DNA from: Treponema sp.
GTDB taxonomy: Bacteria; Spirochaetota; Spirochaetia; Treponematales; Treponemataceae
Direction: 5' to 3'
Assembly: GCA_024402695.1 (NCBI GenBank)
Contig: JAKSTG010000015.1
Location: 4,142-68,141, forward strand
DNA: 64,000 nucleotides
Shown one piece after another: positions 55,880-64,000 of the stretch. A program made the translations under genes and the position numbers. The notes under the pieces are model-generated. The model was not told the origin of the DNA, did not search any database, and worked only from the letters and a program-made list of their open reading frames with translations. Each line of letters starts with the position of its first letter. The stretch's first letter is position 1.

Positions 55880-57148
55880 ATGAGACGTGTAGTAGTAACT
55901 GGTTTAGGATGTGTAAGCCCTTGTGGTAACAATGTTAAGGAAACTTGGGAAAACGTAAAAAACGGTGTAACCGGAATTGATAAGATTACTCTTTTTGATG
56001 CTTCTCAGCATTCAGTTCAGATTGCAGGAGAAGTAAAGAATTTTTCTCTTGATGATTACAACCTGGACCGTAAACTGGTTCGTAAAATGGCCCGCTCCAC
56101 AAGATTCCTTGTAGGCGCTTCTCTTGAAGCGGTTAAGGATGCCGGTTTTACTCTTCCAACTGAAGAAGACAAAGGAAACTTTGGTGGACCAAAATGCGGT
56201 ATTGTTACCGGCGTTGGAATCGGAACAAATGATGCCTGTGAAGATGCTTACAAACGTCTTCTGAATCCTGCATTCGGGGCTACAAAAGTTCCTCCAATGA
56301 CAGCTCCAATGATCATCAACAATGAAGCTGCTGCCAACGTAAGCATTCTTCTGAACATGAATGGTCCAGCCTGGACACTTTCTACAGCCTGTTCTTCAGG
56401 AACCGATGCAATCGGACTTTCCTGCGATATGATCAAATCTGGCCGTGTAGATGTTTGTCTTGCTTCAGGTGCCGATGCAAATATTACAGCCCTGAACCTG
56501 AGTGCTTACGCCGCTCTTACAGCTCTTACACCAAACTACAACGATAATCCAAAAATGGCCTGCCGTCCATTCGACCGCGACCGTTCCGGATTCATCATGG
56601 CTGAAGGGGCTGCTGTTCTTGTTCTTGAAGATTATGATCACGCTGTTGCCCGCGGTGCCAGAATCTATGCTGAAGTTGCAGGCTGTGCTTCTACTTCAGA
56701 TGCTTACCACATTACAGCTCCATGTACAGACGGACACTGGGGGGCTGAAGCCCTTAAGGTGGCAATTGAACAGGCCGGAATGAAACCTGAAGAAATTCAG
56801 TATTACAATGCCCACGGAACTTCAACACATGCAAATGACTCAAGCGAAAGCCAGCTTGTAAAGACTGTATTCGGAGATTATGCAAAAGATCTTCACATCT
56901 CTTCAACAAAAAGTGAGACAGGACATATGATTGGTGCTGCCGGTGCCATTGAAGCTTTATTCTGTGTAAAGGCTATTGAGGAAGGATTTGTGCCTCCAAC
57001 AATCAACCTGGATAATCCTGATGTTGAAGGCGGATGTGATCTGAATTACACACCAAAAGTTGGCGTAAAATGTGACGTTACAGCTGCTGCCAGTGTTTCA
57101 CTTGGTTTTGGCGGCCATAACGGTGCAGTCGTATTGAAGAAACTCTAA
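55880..57148 (+). CDS. fabF: beta-ketoacyl-ACP synthase II
   Basis: MRRVVVTGLG at the N-terminus, active-site Cys in TACSSG, His residues in NAHGTST and ETGHMIGAAG. Confidence 0.93.
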   Translation: MRRVVVTGLGCVSPCGNNVKETWENVKNGVTGIDKITLFDASQHSVQIAGEVKNFSLDDYNLDRKLVRKMARSTRFLVGASLEAVKDAGFTLPTEEDKGNFGGPKCGIVTGVGIGTNDACEDAYKRLLNPAFGATKVPPMTAPMIINNEAAANVSILLNMNGPAWTLSTACSSGTDAIGLSCDMIKSGRVDVCLASGADANITALNLSAYAALTALTPNYNDNPKMACRPFDRDRSGFIMAEGAAVLVLEDYDHAVARGARIYAEVAGCASTSDAYHITAPCTDGHWGAEALKVAIEQAGMKPEEIQYYNAHGTSTHANDSSESQLVKTVFGDYAKDLHISSTKSETGHMIGAAGAIEALFCVKAIEEGFVPPTINLDNPDVEGGCDLNYTPKVGVKCDVTAAASVSLGFGGHNGAVVLKKL

Positions 57149-57154
57149 TTTCTT

Positions 57155-57910
57155 TTATTTGCGTTCGCGAACTACAAAGTCTCTATAACCCGCCGCACGG
57201 AGTTTGTTCTGTGTGGCGTTTAATTTTTCTGCCGGTACCTGGCTTACGACAACCCGGATTATTCCTTTCTTGGTTGTCTGGAACACAATTTTCTTGAATC
57301 CTTCTTTTGAAAGTTTCTTTGCGAAAGCTGTCGCATTGTCGCGGGAACCGAAGGAAGCTACCTGAATATCCCAGACTGTTCCGGCAGGAACTGTTTTTGC
57401 TGCTGTGCTTGTTTTTGTTGAAGTCGAAGTCGAAGACTTTGCTGTTTCCTTTTTTGCTGTTGATGATGTATTTCCGGCAATTTTTGCCATGATCTTTTCT
57501 GCGCTGGCGGCAGTATCCCGGGAAAGTTTTGTGTCCGGCCCCATTTCAACTATTTCAAGTTTCACCTGGGCCAGACCTGCTTTGGTCATCTCCAGATCAA
57601 TTGCTGCCTGAGTGGAAAGGTCTATGTCTCTTCCCACAACAAAAGGTCCGCGGTCATTTACACGGACTTTTACTGATTTCCCGTTTGCAAGGTTTGTGAC
57701 TTTTAGGATTGTATCGAAGGGAAGTTCCTTGTTTGCGCAGGTATAATCATACATGTTGAAGGTTTCCCCGTTGGAAGTGGCTTTACCGTGGAAATCGGCG
57801 CCATAGAAAGAGGCTGTAGCCTTAGATTTGAAGACTTCCAGGGCAGGAAGTGTGCTGACAATAAGGAAAAATGCTATGAAAAAACAGGAAATCTTGTGGA
57901 ATTTGCTCAT
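57155..57910 (-). CDS. rlpA: RlpA-family lytic transglycosylase with C-terminal SPOR domain
   Basis: DPBB motif ASFYGADFHGKATSNGE...VRVNDRGPF, an S/T-rich linker, and a SPOR domain (WDIQVASFGSRDNA...). Confidence 0.88.
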   Translation of the reverse strand: MSKFHKISCFFIAFFLIVSTLPALEVFKSKATASFYGADFHGKATSNGETFNMYDYTCANKELPFDTILKVTNLANGKSVKVRVNDRGPFVVGRDIDLSTQAAIDLEMTKAGLAQVKLEIVEMGPDTKLSRDTAASAEKIMAKIAGNTSSTAKKETAKSSTSTSTKTSTAAKTVPAGTVWDIQVASFGSRDNATAFAKKLSKEGFKKIVFQTTKKGIIRVVVSQVPAEKLNATQNKLRAAGYRDFVVRERK

Positions 57911-57995
57911 AATTCTATTATCGGCAGTTTTTTAACGGCACTACTCGAAAAAACGTGGTTTTTGCTATATAATTTAGTTTTAAGGTATTCAGATT

Positions 57996-59972
57996 ATGAA
58001 AAAAATGAATGTTGCCGTAATGTTATTGGATTTATCCGGGGAATATATGAGGGAACTCGTAGCCGGTATAAAATCCTATTTCCAGGATAAGGAAGTGAAC
58101 ACAATCATGTGTCAGGTTAAGCTTCCAAATCTTCCTTACGGCTTTTTTGAATACCAGTATTGGGCCGGACTCAGGCTCATTGAATCAGATTCCATCGATG
58201 CGGTTATCGTCGTTTCTTCTTTTTTTGTAAGTTCCGTTCCAGTTGATGTTTTTTCTTCCTGGCTCCAGGGTATTGCCCACAAACCTGTAGTTTCAATCGG
58301 ATCAAAGCTTGATATTTCAGGATCGTCCTATCTTATAACTGAATCACTGGGAGCTTACAGGGAGCTGGTAAAACATCTTGTTGAAGTTCATGGATGCAAG
58401 AAAATTGCCTTTATGTCTGCTAACGAAACTTCTTCCCTTGAAGGTCAGGAACGACTTGAAAATTATAAAATCTGTCTTAAAGAAAACAATCTTGAATTGG
58501 ATGAAAACCTGATTTATCCGGGAAACTTCACAACTTATTCCGGTGAAATCGCCATGAGGGAATTCAATTCCAAGGAAGAGATTCCTTTTGACGCCATCAT
58601 CTGTGCAAACGACCTTATGGCAGTAGGTGTTTACAATCACTTTACCAAGATCGGAGTTTCTGTTCCGGAAGATGTCATTGTTACCGGCTTTGATGATTCC
58701 ATTCACGCCCACATGATTGAGCCAACTATGACAACTGTAAGTCAGCAGATTTTCAATCAGGGAAAAACTGCCGCAGAACTGGTTTACAGAAAACTTCAGG
58801 GCGAAAAGGTTCCTGAAGAAAATTTCCTTTCGCTTAAAAATCTTTACAGACAGTCTTGTGGTTGTATTCAGAAAGGGGATATCTCTACAAGCTATATTTC
58901 CGATGACGGAGTTCCGGTTCTTCGCGAAAGTCTTTTCAAAAGTCAGGGGCTGGTTGAATATCTTAAGAATGCAGAAGACAAGAAGAATATCTATATGCTT
59001 CTTGATGTTCTTCAGGTTTCCGAAACTCTTACTGACCTCTTCACCCGTTTTAAGCAGATCCTTTTTGCCGTTGATGTTCGCAGAATGGCAGTAGTCCTTT
59101 TTGATGAACCTATCGTGAATAACAAGGATGATGGTTTTTATCTGCCGGAAGAAGTTGAGCTGACTCTGGTACTGGACCGTGAAAATTTTGTAGAAATGAT
59201 TAATCCTGGAATCAGGTTTAATCCTAAGAAAACCATTTTGCCGGAAAGTGTTTTCAATTCTGATTACAGCGATTATGCTATGGAACCGATTTTTTTTGGC
59301 GACAAACAGTATGGTTATTCTGTAATCAAATTCGGAGACACAAACTATTATCAGGGAATCATCTACATAAAGGAATTCTCGGCTGCAATTTCGGCCAGCT
59401 ATGAATATACAAGAACTCAGGAAGAAAACCAGAGACTTTCAAAGTTGAATGAAGACTTGACAAATGACAATACTCAGCTCAGCGAAACTTCAAAAGCCGA
59501 TGAACTTACCGGTGTTTTCAACCGTCGCGGTTTTATGTTCAGCGGAAAGCAGGTTCTTTCTCTGACACAGTCGCATATCAAAAAAGGAACAGTTTTCTTC
59601 TGTGATATGGACGGACTTAAAGTAATAAATGATACTTATGGCCATAAGGCAGGGGACGAAGCAATTAAATGCATTGCCGATGCCCTCAAAAAAGTGTTCA
59701 CTCTGAATGATGTGATCGGCCGCCTTGGTGGAGATGAGTTTGCTGTTATTTCCGGGGAAGTAACAAAGAAACGGTTCCAGGAAATTTATGAAAAGGTTCA
59801 GAAAGTCTGCAATTCTTATGCAAAGGCAAGAAACCTTCCATGTGAAGTTTCCCTCAGTATGGGTGTTGTAGAGTTTACAAACTCTGATAATGACCTTGAA
59901 AAGCTTCTGGAAAAAGCTGATGAAAATCAGTACGAAATGAAGAAAATGAAAAAAGCTGCAAAAGGCTTATAA
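57996..59972 (+). CDS. periplasmic-binding-fold (LacI-type sugar-binding core) fused to a GGDEF diguanylate cyclase
   Basis: The N-terminal ~270 aa look like a Peripla_BP_3 core without an HTH (...ICANDLMAVGVY...VTGFDD). This is followed by an unassigned middle region, a coiled coil, and a GGDEF domain (RLGGDEF). There is no signal peptide or TM helix. Confidence 0.85.
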   Translation: MKKMNVAVMLLDLSGEYMRELVAGIKSYFQDKEVNTIMCQVKLPNLPYGFFEYQYWAGLRLIESDSIDAVIVVSSFFVSSVPVDVFSSWLQGIAHKPVVSIGSKLDISGSSYLITESLGAYRELVKHLVEVHGCKKIAFMSANETSSLEGQERLENYKICLKENNLELDENLIYPGNFTTYSGEIAMREFNSKEEIPFDAIICANDLMAVGVYNHFTKIGVSVPEDVIVTGFDDSIHAHMIEPTMTTVSQQIFNQGKTAAELVYRKLQGEKVPEENFLSLKNLYRQSCGCIQKGDISTSYISDDGVPVLRESLFKSQGLVEYLKNAEDKKNIYMLLDVLQVSETLTDLFTRFKQILFAVDVRRMAVVLFDEPIVNNKDDGFYLPEEVELTLVLDRENFVEMINPGIRFNPKKTILPESVFNSDYSDYAMEPIFFGDKQYGYSVIKFGDTNYYQGIIYIKEFSAAISASYEYTRTQEENQRLSKLNEDLTNDNTQLSETSKADELTGVFNRRGFMFSGKQVLSLTQSHIKKGTVFFCDMDGLKVINDTYGHKAGDEAIKCIADALKKVFTLNDVIGRLGGDEFAVISGEVTKKRFQEIYEKVQKVCNSYAKARNLPCEVSLSMGVVEFTNSDNDLEKLLEKADENQYEMKKMKKAAKGL

Positions 59973-60004
59973 GATATATTTTTGTTGTTTAAAGGAGTCG
60001 CTGT

Positions 60005-61426
60005 ATGGGTGGCGTATTTGGAGTAGCTTCTAAAGAAGATTGTTCATTGGATTTATTTTTTGGTGTGGACTATCATTCACATCTTGGTACAAAGAAAGGT
60101 GGTCTTGCCGTTCTAAAAGAGGATGGTACTTTTAACCGTTCTATTCATAACATTACCAATTCACCGTTCCGCACAAAATTCGAAAGAGATATCGAAGATA
60201 TGCACGGAAAAATGGGTGTTGGATGTATCAGTGATTACGAAGCCCAGCCACTTCTTGTACATTCTCATCTCGGAAGCTATGCAATTACAACAGTAGGTAT
60301 TGTTACAAACAAAGATGAACTGGTAAAAACAGTTCTGTCAGACGGCAATACACACTTCCTGGAAATGAGTGGTGGTGAAATCAACCAGACTGAACTTATC
60401 GTTTCCCTCATCAATATGAAGGAATCAGTTCTTGAAGGTCTTAAATTCGTTCAGAATACAATCAAAGGTTCTATCACAATTCTGCTTATGACAAAGGATG
60501 GAATCTACGCTTCCCGCGACAGACTTGGACGTACTCCTCTTCAGATCGGTCACAAAGAAGGTGCATACTGTGTTGCCTTTGAAAACTTCTCTTATGTAAA
60601 CCTTGGTTATACAGACTTCCATGAACTTGGACCAAATGAAATCGACTTCATCACAGCCGACGGAATCAAGACTCTCCAGGAACCTGGAAAAGAAATGAAG
60701 ATCTGTACCTTCCTGTGGATTTACTACGGATATCCTACAGCAAGCTACGAAGGCGTAAACGTCGAACAGATGCGCTATAACTGTGGTAAATATCTGGCCC
60801 GCCGTGACATGGCAGATTCAAACATTCATATTGATTCTGTTGCAGGTGTTCCTGACTCGGGAACTCCACACGCCATCGGTTACGCAAATGAATCTGGAAT
60901 TCCTTTCCAGAGACCATTCATCAAATATACTCCAACATGGCCACGTTCTTTCATGCCTGTAAATCAGGCTCAGAGAAACCTTGTTGCCCACATGAAACTT
61001 ATTCCTGTTCCTCAGCTGATCAAGGATAAATCCCTTCTTCTGATTGATGACTCAATTGTTCGCGGAACACAGCTTCGTGAAACAACAGACTTCCTTTACA
61101 ACGCAGGTGCAAAAGAAGTTCATATTCGTCCAGCCTGTCCACCATTGGTTTATGGCTGTAAATACCTGAACTTCAGCCGTTCAAATTCAGAACTGGACCT
61201 TATTACCCGCCGCATTATTCGCGATAAAGAAGGAGAAAATGTAAGTCAGGAAACTCTGCAGAAATACTGTGACCCAGATTCTCCTGAATACGCATGGATG
61301 CTGGAAGAAATCAGAAAACAGCTCCATTTTTCTTCACTTAAGTTCCACCGCCTTGACGATATGATTGCAAGTGTCGGCATTGAACCTTGCAAACTTTGTA
61401 CATACTGCTGGAACGGCCAAGAATAG
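60005..61426 (+). CDS. amidophosphoribosyltransferase-like protein lacking the N-terminal catalytic Cys
   Basis: The PRTase domain is intact (LLLIDDSIVRGTQ, GAKEVHIRPACPP), but the N-terminus is MGGVFG rather than the MCG of class II amidotransferases. Confidence 0.85.
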   Translation: MGGVFGVASKEDCSLDLFFGVDYHSHLGTKKGGLAVLKEDGTFNRSIHNITNSPFRTKFERDIEDMHGKMGVGCISDYEAQPLLVHSHLGSYAITTVGIVTNKDELVKTVLSDGNTHFLEMSGGEINQTELIVSLINMKESVLEGLKFVQNTIKGSITILLMTKDGIYASRDRLGRTPLQIGHKEGAYCVAFENFSYVNLGYTDFHELGPNEIDFITADGIKTLQEPGKEMKICTFLWIYYGYPTASYEGVNVEQMRYNCGKYLARRDMADSNIHIDSVAGVPDSGTPHAIGYANESGIPFQRPFIKYTPTWPRSFMPVNQAQRNLVAHMKLIPVPQLIKDKSLLLIDDSIVRGTQLRETTDFLYNAGAKEVHIRPACPPLVYGCKYLNFSRSNSELDLITRRIIRDKEGENVSQETLQKYCDPDSPEYAWMLEEIRKQLHFSSLKFHRLDDMIASVGIEPCKLCTYCWNGQE

Positions 61427-61456
61427 AAGAGATTTATAATCACATAAAATCGTGGA

Positions 61457-61487
61457 AAGGGATGCCTTTAGGGGCATCCTTTTTTTC
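61457..61487 (+). terminator. intrinsic terminator
   Basis: GGATGCC pairs with GGCATCC, followed by a 7-T run. Confidence 0.7.
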
Positions 61488-61564
61488 TAGAGAATTTAGA
61501 GTTTCTTGATATATAGTGTATCCTTCGTTAAAATAAACTGTTATATAAGAAGAGAGGTTGTTCA

Positions 61565-63886
61565 ATGAACAAGAGATTCGTAGCGGCATTTTGTGCTGTT
61601 TTTATAACATTTATTCTTTCCGCACAGGCTTCACAAACAGAAAAAACTAAGAGAGCTACAGTTATTCTGGTGTCTCAGAACCAGACTGCTTATGACAAGC
61701 TTGATGTAAACGATAAACTTTATGCCAGATCCGCTTTTCAGTCTTTTGTAGGGAACCTTACTCTTCTTGATGATATTTCAGTACGCACAGAATCAAATGA
61801 TTCAACTTTGCGCGAAATCCAGAAACAGTCACAGATTGATGCCGGAAAGGGACTTGCAGGAGAAGACTCTGCTTACGCCAGCGACATGGCATCCAAAGCC
61901 ACTCTTAGAATTGAACTTTCCCTGGTAAAATACAAGAAAGGCTACAAACTTGAGTATTCCGCATCAAATATCGAAACAATGCAGATTGTTTGTGGCGGTT
62001 CTTCAGACACTTATTTTGAAATTGATAATATTGATGTTGAAACAGATAAGCTTTCTTACAGTGCACTTAAAGCCCTTTATGGAAAGGGGTATGTGTCTTC
62101 AATTCCTTATGCAGTTGAAGTTCAGTTGACCCATTCAGAAGACACTTGGGAAAACTACACAGATTATATTAAAGAGCTTGAACAGCAGATTGAAGAAAAC
62201 AGAAAAGAACTGGAAAAAATCAACAAGGATAATCTTTCGTCTGAAGAAAAAGCTGAAGCAATCAGACAGGAACAGGCTCTTCAGCTGAAGATTCTGGCCG
62301 CTGAAAACGCAAAAAGAAAGACAGAAGAACAGCTTCGTAAATACGAAGAGGAAAAAGAAAAAGCCTTGAAACAGGAACAGGAACTTAAAGCCCTGGCAGA
62401 ACAGAAACGTAATGATTTGGCTAAAAAGTTTTCGGACAAAATCAAACAGAGCCAGGAACAGCAGGATAAACTGAACAAAGAAATCACACAGGGACTTTCT
62501 CTGGAAAAACGCATCGAAATCATCGAAACAGACCGCAAGACTCTGGATGAACTTGAAGCTCAGCTTATTGCTCAGATCGAGAAAAATGCTTCTGACCTTG
62601 AAGCTAAAAGGGATGCTGAAATCGATGAAATCGAAGCAGAACCTTGGAGACTTGCCGAAACTGATTCCAGTGGTCGTCCTACAGACAAGGCCAGAAAATA
62701 CCGTGATTCAAAAATCACAAAGGTTGAAGAAAAATATGCAAAGCTTATTTCTGATTCAAACAATGATCTGAAGGGAGCTTATGCACAGGTAATCGCCACT
62801 TACGAAAAACAGATTGCAGATGGAATTGCTGATCTGGAATCAACAGAATTTGTTTACCGTTCTTATGAGAAAGGTTCTAAGCTTGTGGTTACTGTTGGAA
62901 ATTACGACGGAATAAAATATAACTGGGCAGTAGTTCCTGTTTTCAACATGCAGGATACAGAATACATCACAAACATTCCTGATGTGTCTCTGCTTTCATG
63001 TACAGTTTCTTATAAAGATGTAACTGGTAAGAATCCTGTTGAGTATGATGGAAAGAATGAAACTGCCTACAACGATTATATGGATTCGGTTGAACTGGCA
63101 GACATCTGTTTCAGAACTTCCACACCGTTCATTTATGGAATCCTTAAACTTAAGGTTAAATACAATGAAACTTACGGGGACTACAGACTGGTTTTCAACG
63201 GCTTCACTCTGAAAAGAATGGAAGACAACCTTGTTGTAGCTGATTTCTCTTTGAGTGATTACAATGCTGCTGTTCGCGGAGTTCATGCAGAACAGAACAA
63301 AACAGAAAAGCAGAAAGAAAAGGAAAAGGCTGAAACTCAGAAACGTCAGGAAAAAGAAGCCAAACAGAAGACTCAGGAAATCCAGCGTCAGGAACAGCAT
63401 AAAGCTGCTCAGAGTATTCTTTCAAGTTTCATCAATTATTGGACACCAAATTTCAAACAGAAGAATATTGTTTCAATAGATACAAATATTGATGTTCTTT
63501 CAGGAAATGCAAATGTTGATTTGCGCGCTGTTGTCGGTGGCGGCAGTATTTTCTATTACATGATTTCCTGCGGAATAGATGATTTCCTGGGATATGAAAA
63601 TACTTCTGTTGGTCTTGGTATTGGAACCTCCCTTAATTTCGGTTGTTTCCGTCCTTATACAGAAGGTCGTGTAGGATTCGGAATCAAGGAAGAGAAAAAG
63701 AAAACCAGCAGTGATAAGGATGTTGATATTACAAATTTCCGCTGGGGTACCCGTTCCGGTGTTGACCTGGTTGCAGGAAACTATTTGCTCGGATTCTTCA
63801 TGGACTACGAAGGAAGAGTCGGAGAAAGAATTGAAGGAACACAAAATTTTGTATCCTTCGGGCTTTCATTAGGTTATTCTTTTTAG
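61565..63886 (+). CDS. secreted coiled-coil protein with a C-terminal beta-barrel-like region
   Basis: Signal peptide MNKRFVAAFCAVFITFILSAQA and two long E/K/Q-rich helical stretches. The G/Y/F-rich C-terminus ends ...GLSLGYSF, and a terminal aromatic residue is typical of outer membrane barrels. Confidence 0.75.
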   Translation: MNKRFVAAFCAVFITFILSAQASQTEKTKRATVILVSQNQTAYDKLDVNDKLYARSAFQSFVGNLTLLDDISVRTESNDSTLREIQKQSQIDAGKGLAGEDSAYASDMASKATLRIELSLVKYKKGYKLEYSASNIETMQIVCGGSSDTYFEIDNIDVETDKLSYSALKALYGKGYVSSIPYAVEVQLTHSEDTWENYTDYIKELEQQIEENRKELEKINKDNLSSEEKAEAIRQEQALQLKILAAENAKRKTEEQLRKYEEEKEKALKQEQELKALAEQKRNDLAKKFSDKIKQSQEQQDKLNKEITQGLSLEKRIEIIETDRKTLDELEAQLIAQIEKNASDLEAKRDAEIDEIEAEPWRLAETDSSGRPTDKARKYRDSKITKVEEKYAKLISDSNNDLKGAYAQVIATYEKQIADGIADLESTEFVYRSYEKGSKLVVTVGNYDGIKYNWAVVPVFNMQDTEYITNIPDVSLLSCTVSYKDVTGKNPVEYDGKNETAYNDYMDSVELADICFRTSTPFIYGILKLKVKYNETYGDYRLVFNGFTLKRMEDNLVVADFSLSDYNAAVRGVHAEQNKTEKQKEKEKAETQKRQEKEAKQKTQEIQRQEQHKAAQSILSSFINYWTPNFKQKNIVSIDTNIDVLSGNANVDLRAVVGGGSIFYYMISCGIDDFLGYENTSVGLGIGTSLNFGCFRPYTEGRVGFGIKEEKKKTSSDKDVDITNFRWGTRSGVDLVAGNYLLGFFMDYEGRVGERIEGTQNFVSFGLSLGYSF

Positions 63887-63927
63887 AATATAAATAAACA
63901 TAGGATTTTACTTGGAGGTAATATAAT

Positions 63928-64000
63928 ATGAAAAAATCACTTTTATGTTTTACAGTACTTGCCCTTTCAGCTATGCTTTTCGGATGCAAAACAACAAAGA
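63928..64000 (+). CDS. lipoprotein, 5' fragment (runs off the window)
   Basis: GGAGGT RBS at 63914-63919. Starts MKKSLLCFTVLALSAMLFGC, with a lipobox. Confidence 0.6.
   Translation, partial: MKKSLLCFTVLALSAMLFGCKTTK

Overview
This is a dense chromosomal segment with about 50 protein-coding genes. I saw no rRNA, tRNA or CRISPR array. Gene content suggests a Treponema-like spirochaete, but that is inference only. Genes in order:
- partial TolC-like gene
- OmpR/histidine-kinase pair
- an uncharacterised-type ABC importer, split by a Phd/PIN toxin-antitoxin cassette
- TolC/adaptor/RND efflux operon with a small coupled PII-like gene
- rpsL-rpsG
- a 2023-aa thioester alpha-2-macroglobulin paired with PbpC
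- SPOR, RlpA and DD-carboxypeptidase envelope genes
- two GGDEF proteins and a multi-PAS kinase
- aroC
- an orphan N6-adenine methyltransferase beside a collapsed antiporter gene
- TrmH-type methyltransferase and DUF763
- a TAXI-TRAP transporter
- cstA
- an Fe3+-type ABC importer
- acyl-CoA synthetase, fabF and a PurF-like protein lacking Cys1

The main signal outside ordinary gene content is a REP-like palindromic repeat. The forward unit (F) is CAGAGGGGACAGACCCCTTTG, with core GGGGACAGACCCC. I found at least 19 copies at nine loci between 18.3 and 52.7 kb.
- An intact IS200/RAYT-type HUH-Y1 transposase gene (45509-46258) is itself flanked by copies.
- One inverted pair serves as an intrinsic terminator.
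- Three tandem copies with a 36-bp period lie in frame inside the C-terminal domain of an ABC ATPase.
- One copy lies inside the TrmH-like gene.

A second, unrelated family of GC-rich long palindromes and GAGCTTGTCGAAGGG-type modules marks the TA insertion site and the region upstream of rpsL. Two orphan promoter-plus-terminator units (about 5974-6094 and 27948-28079) are candidate small RNAs or leaders. All repeat calls come from reading the sequence by eye, so some copies may have been missed.
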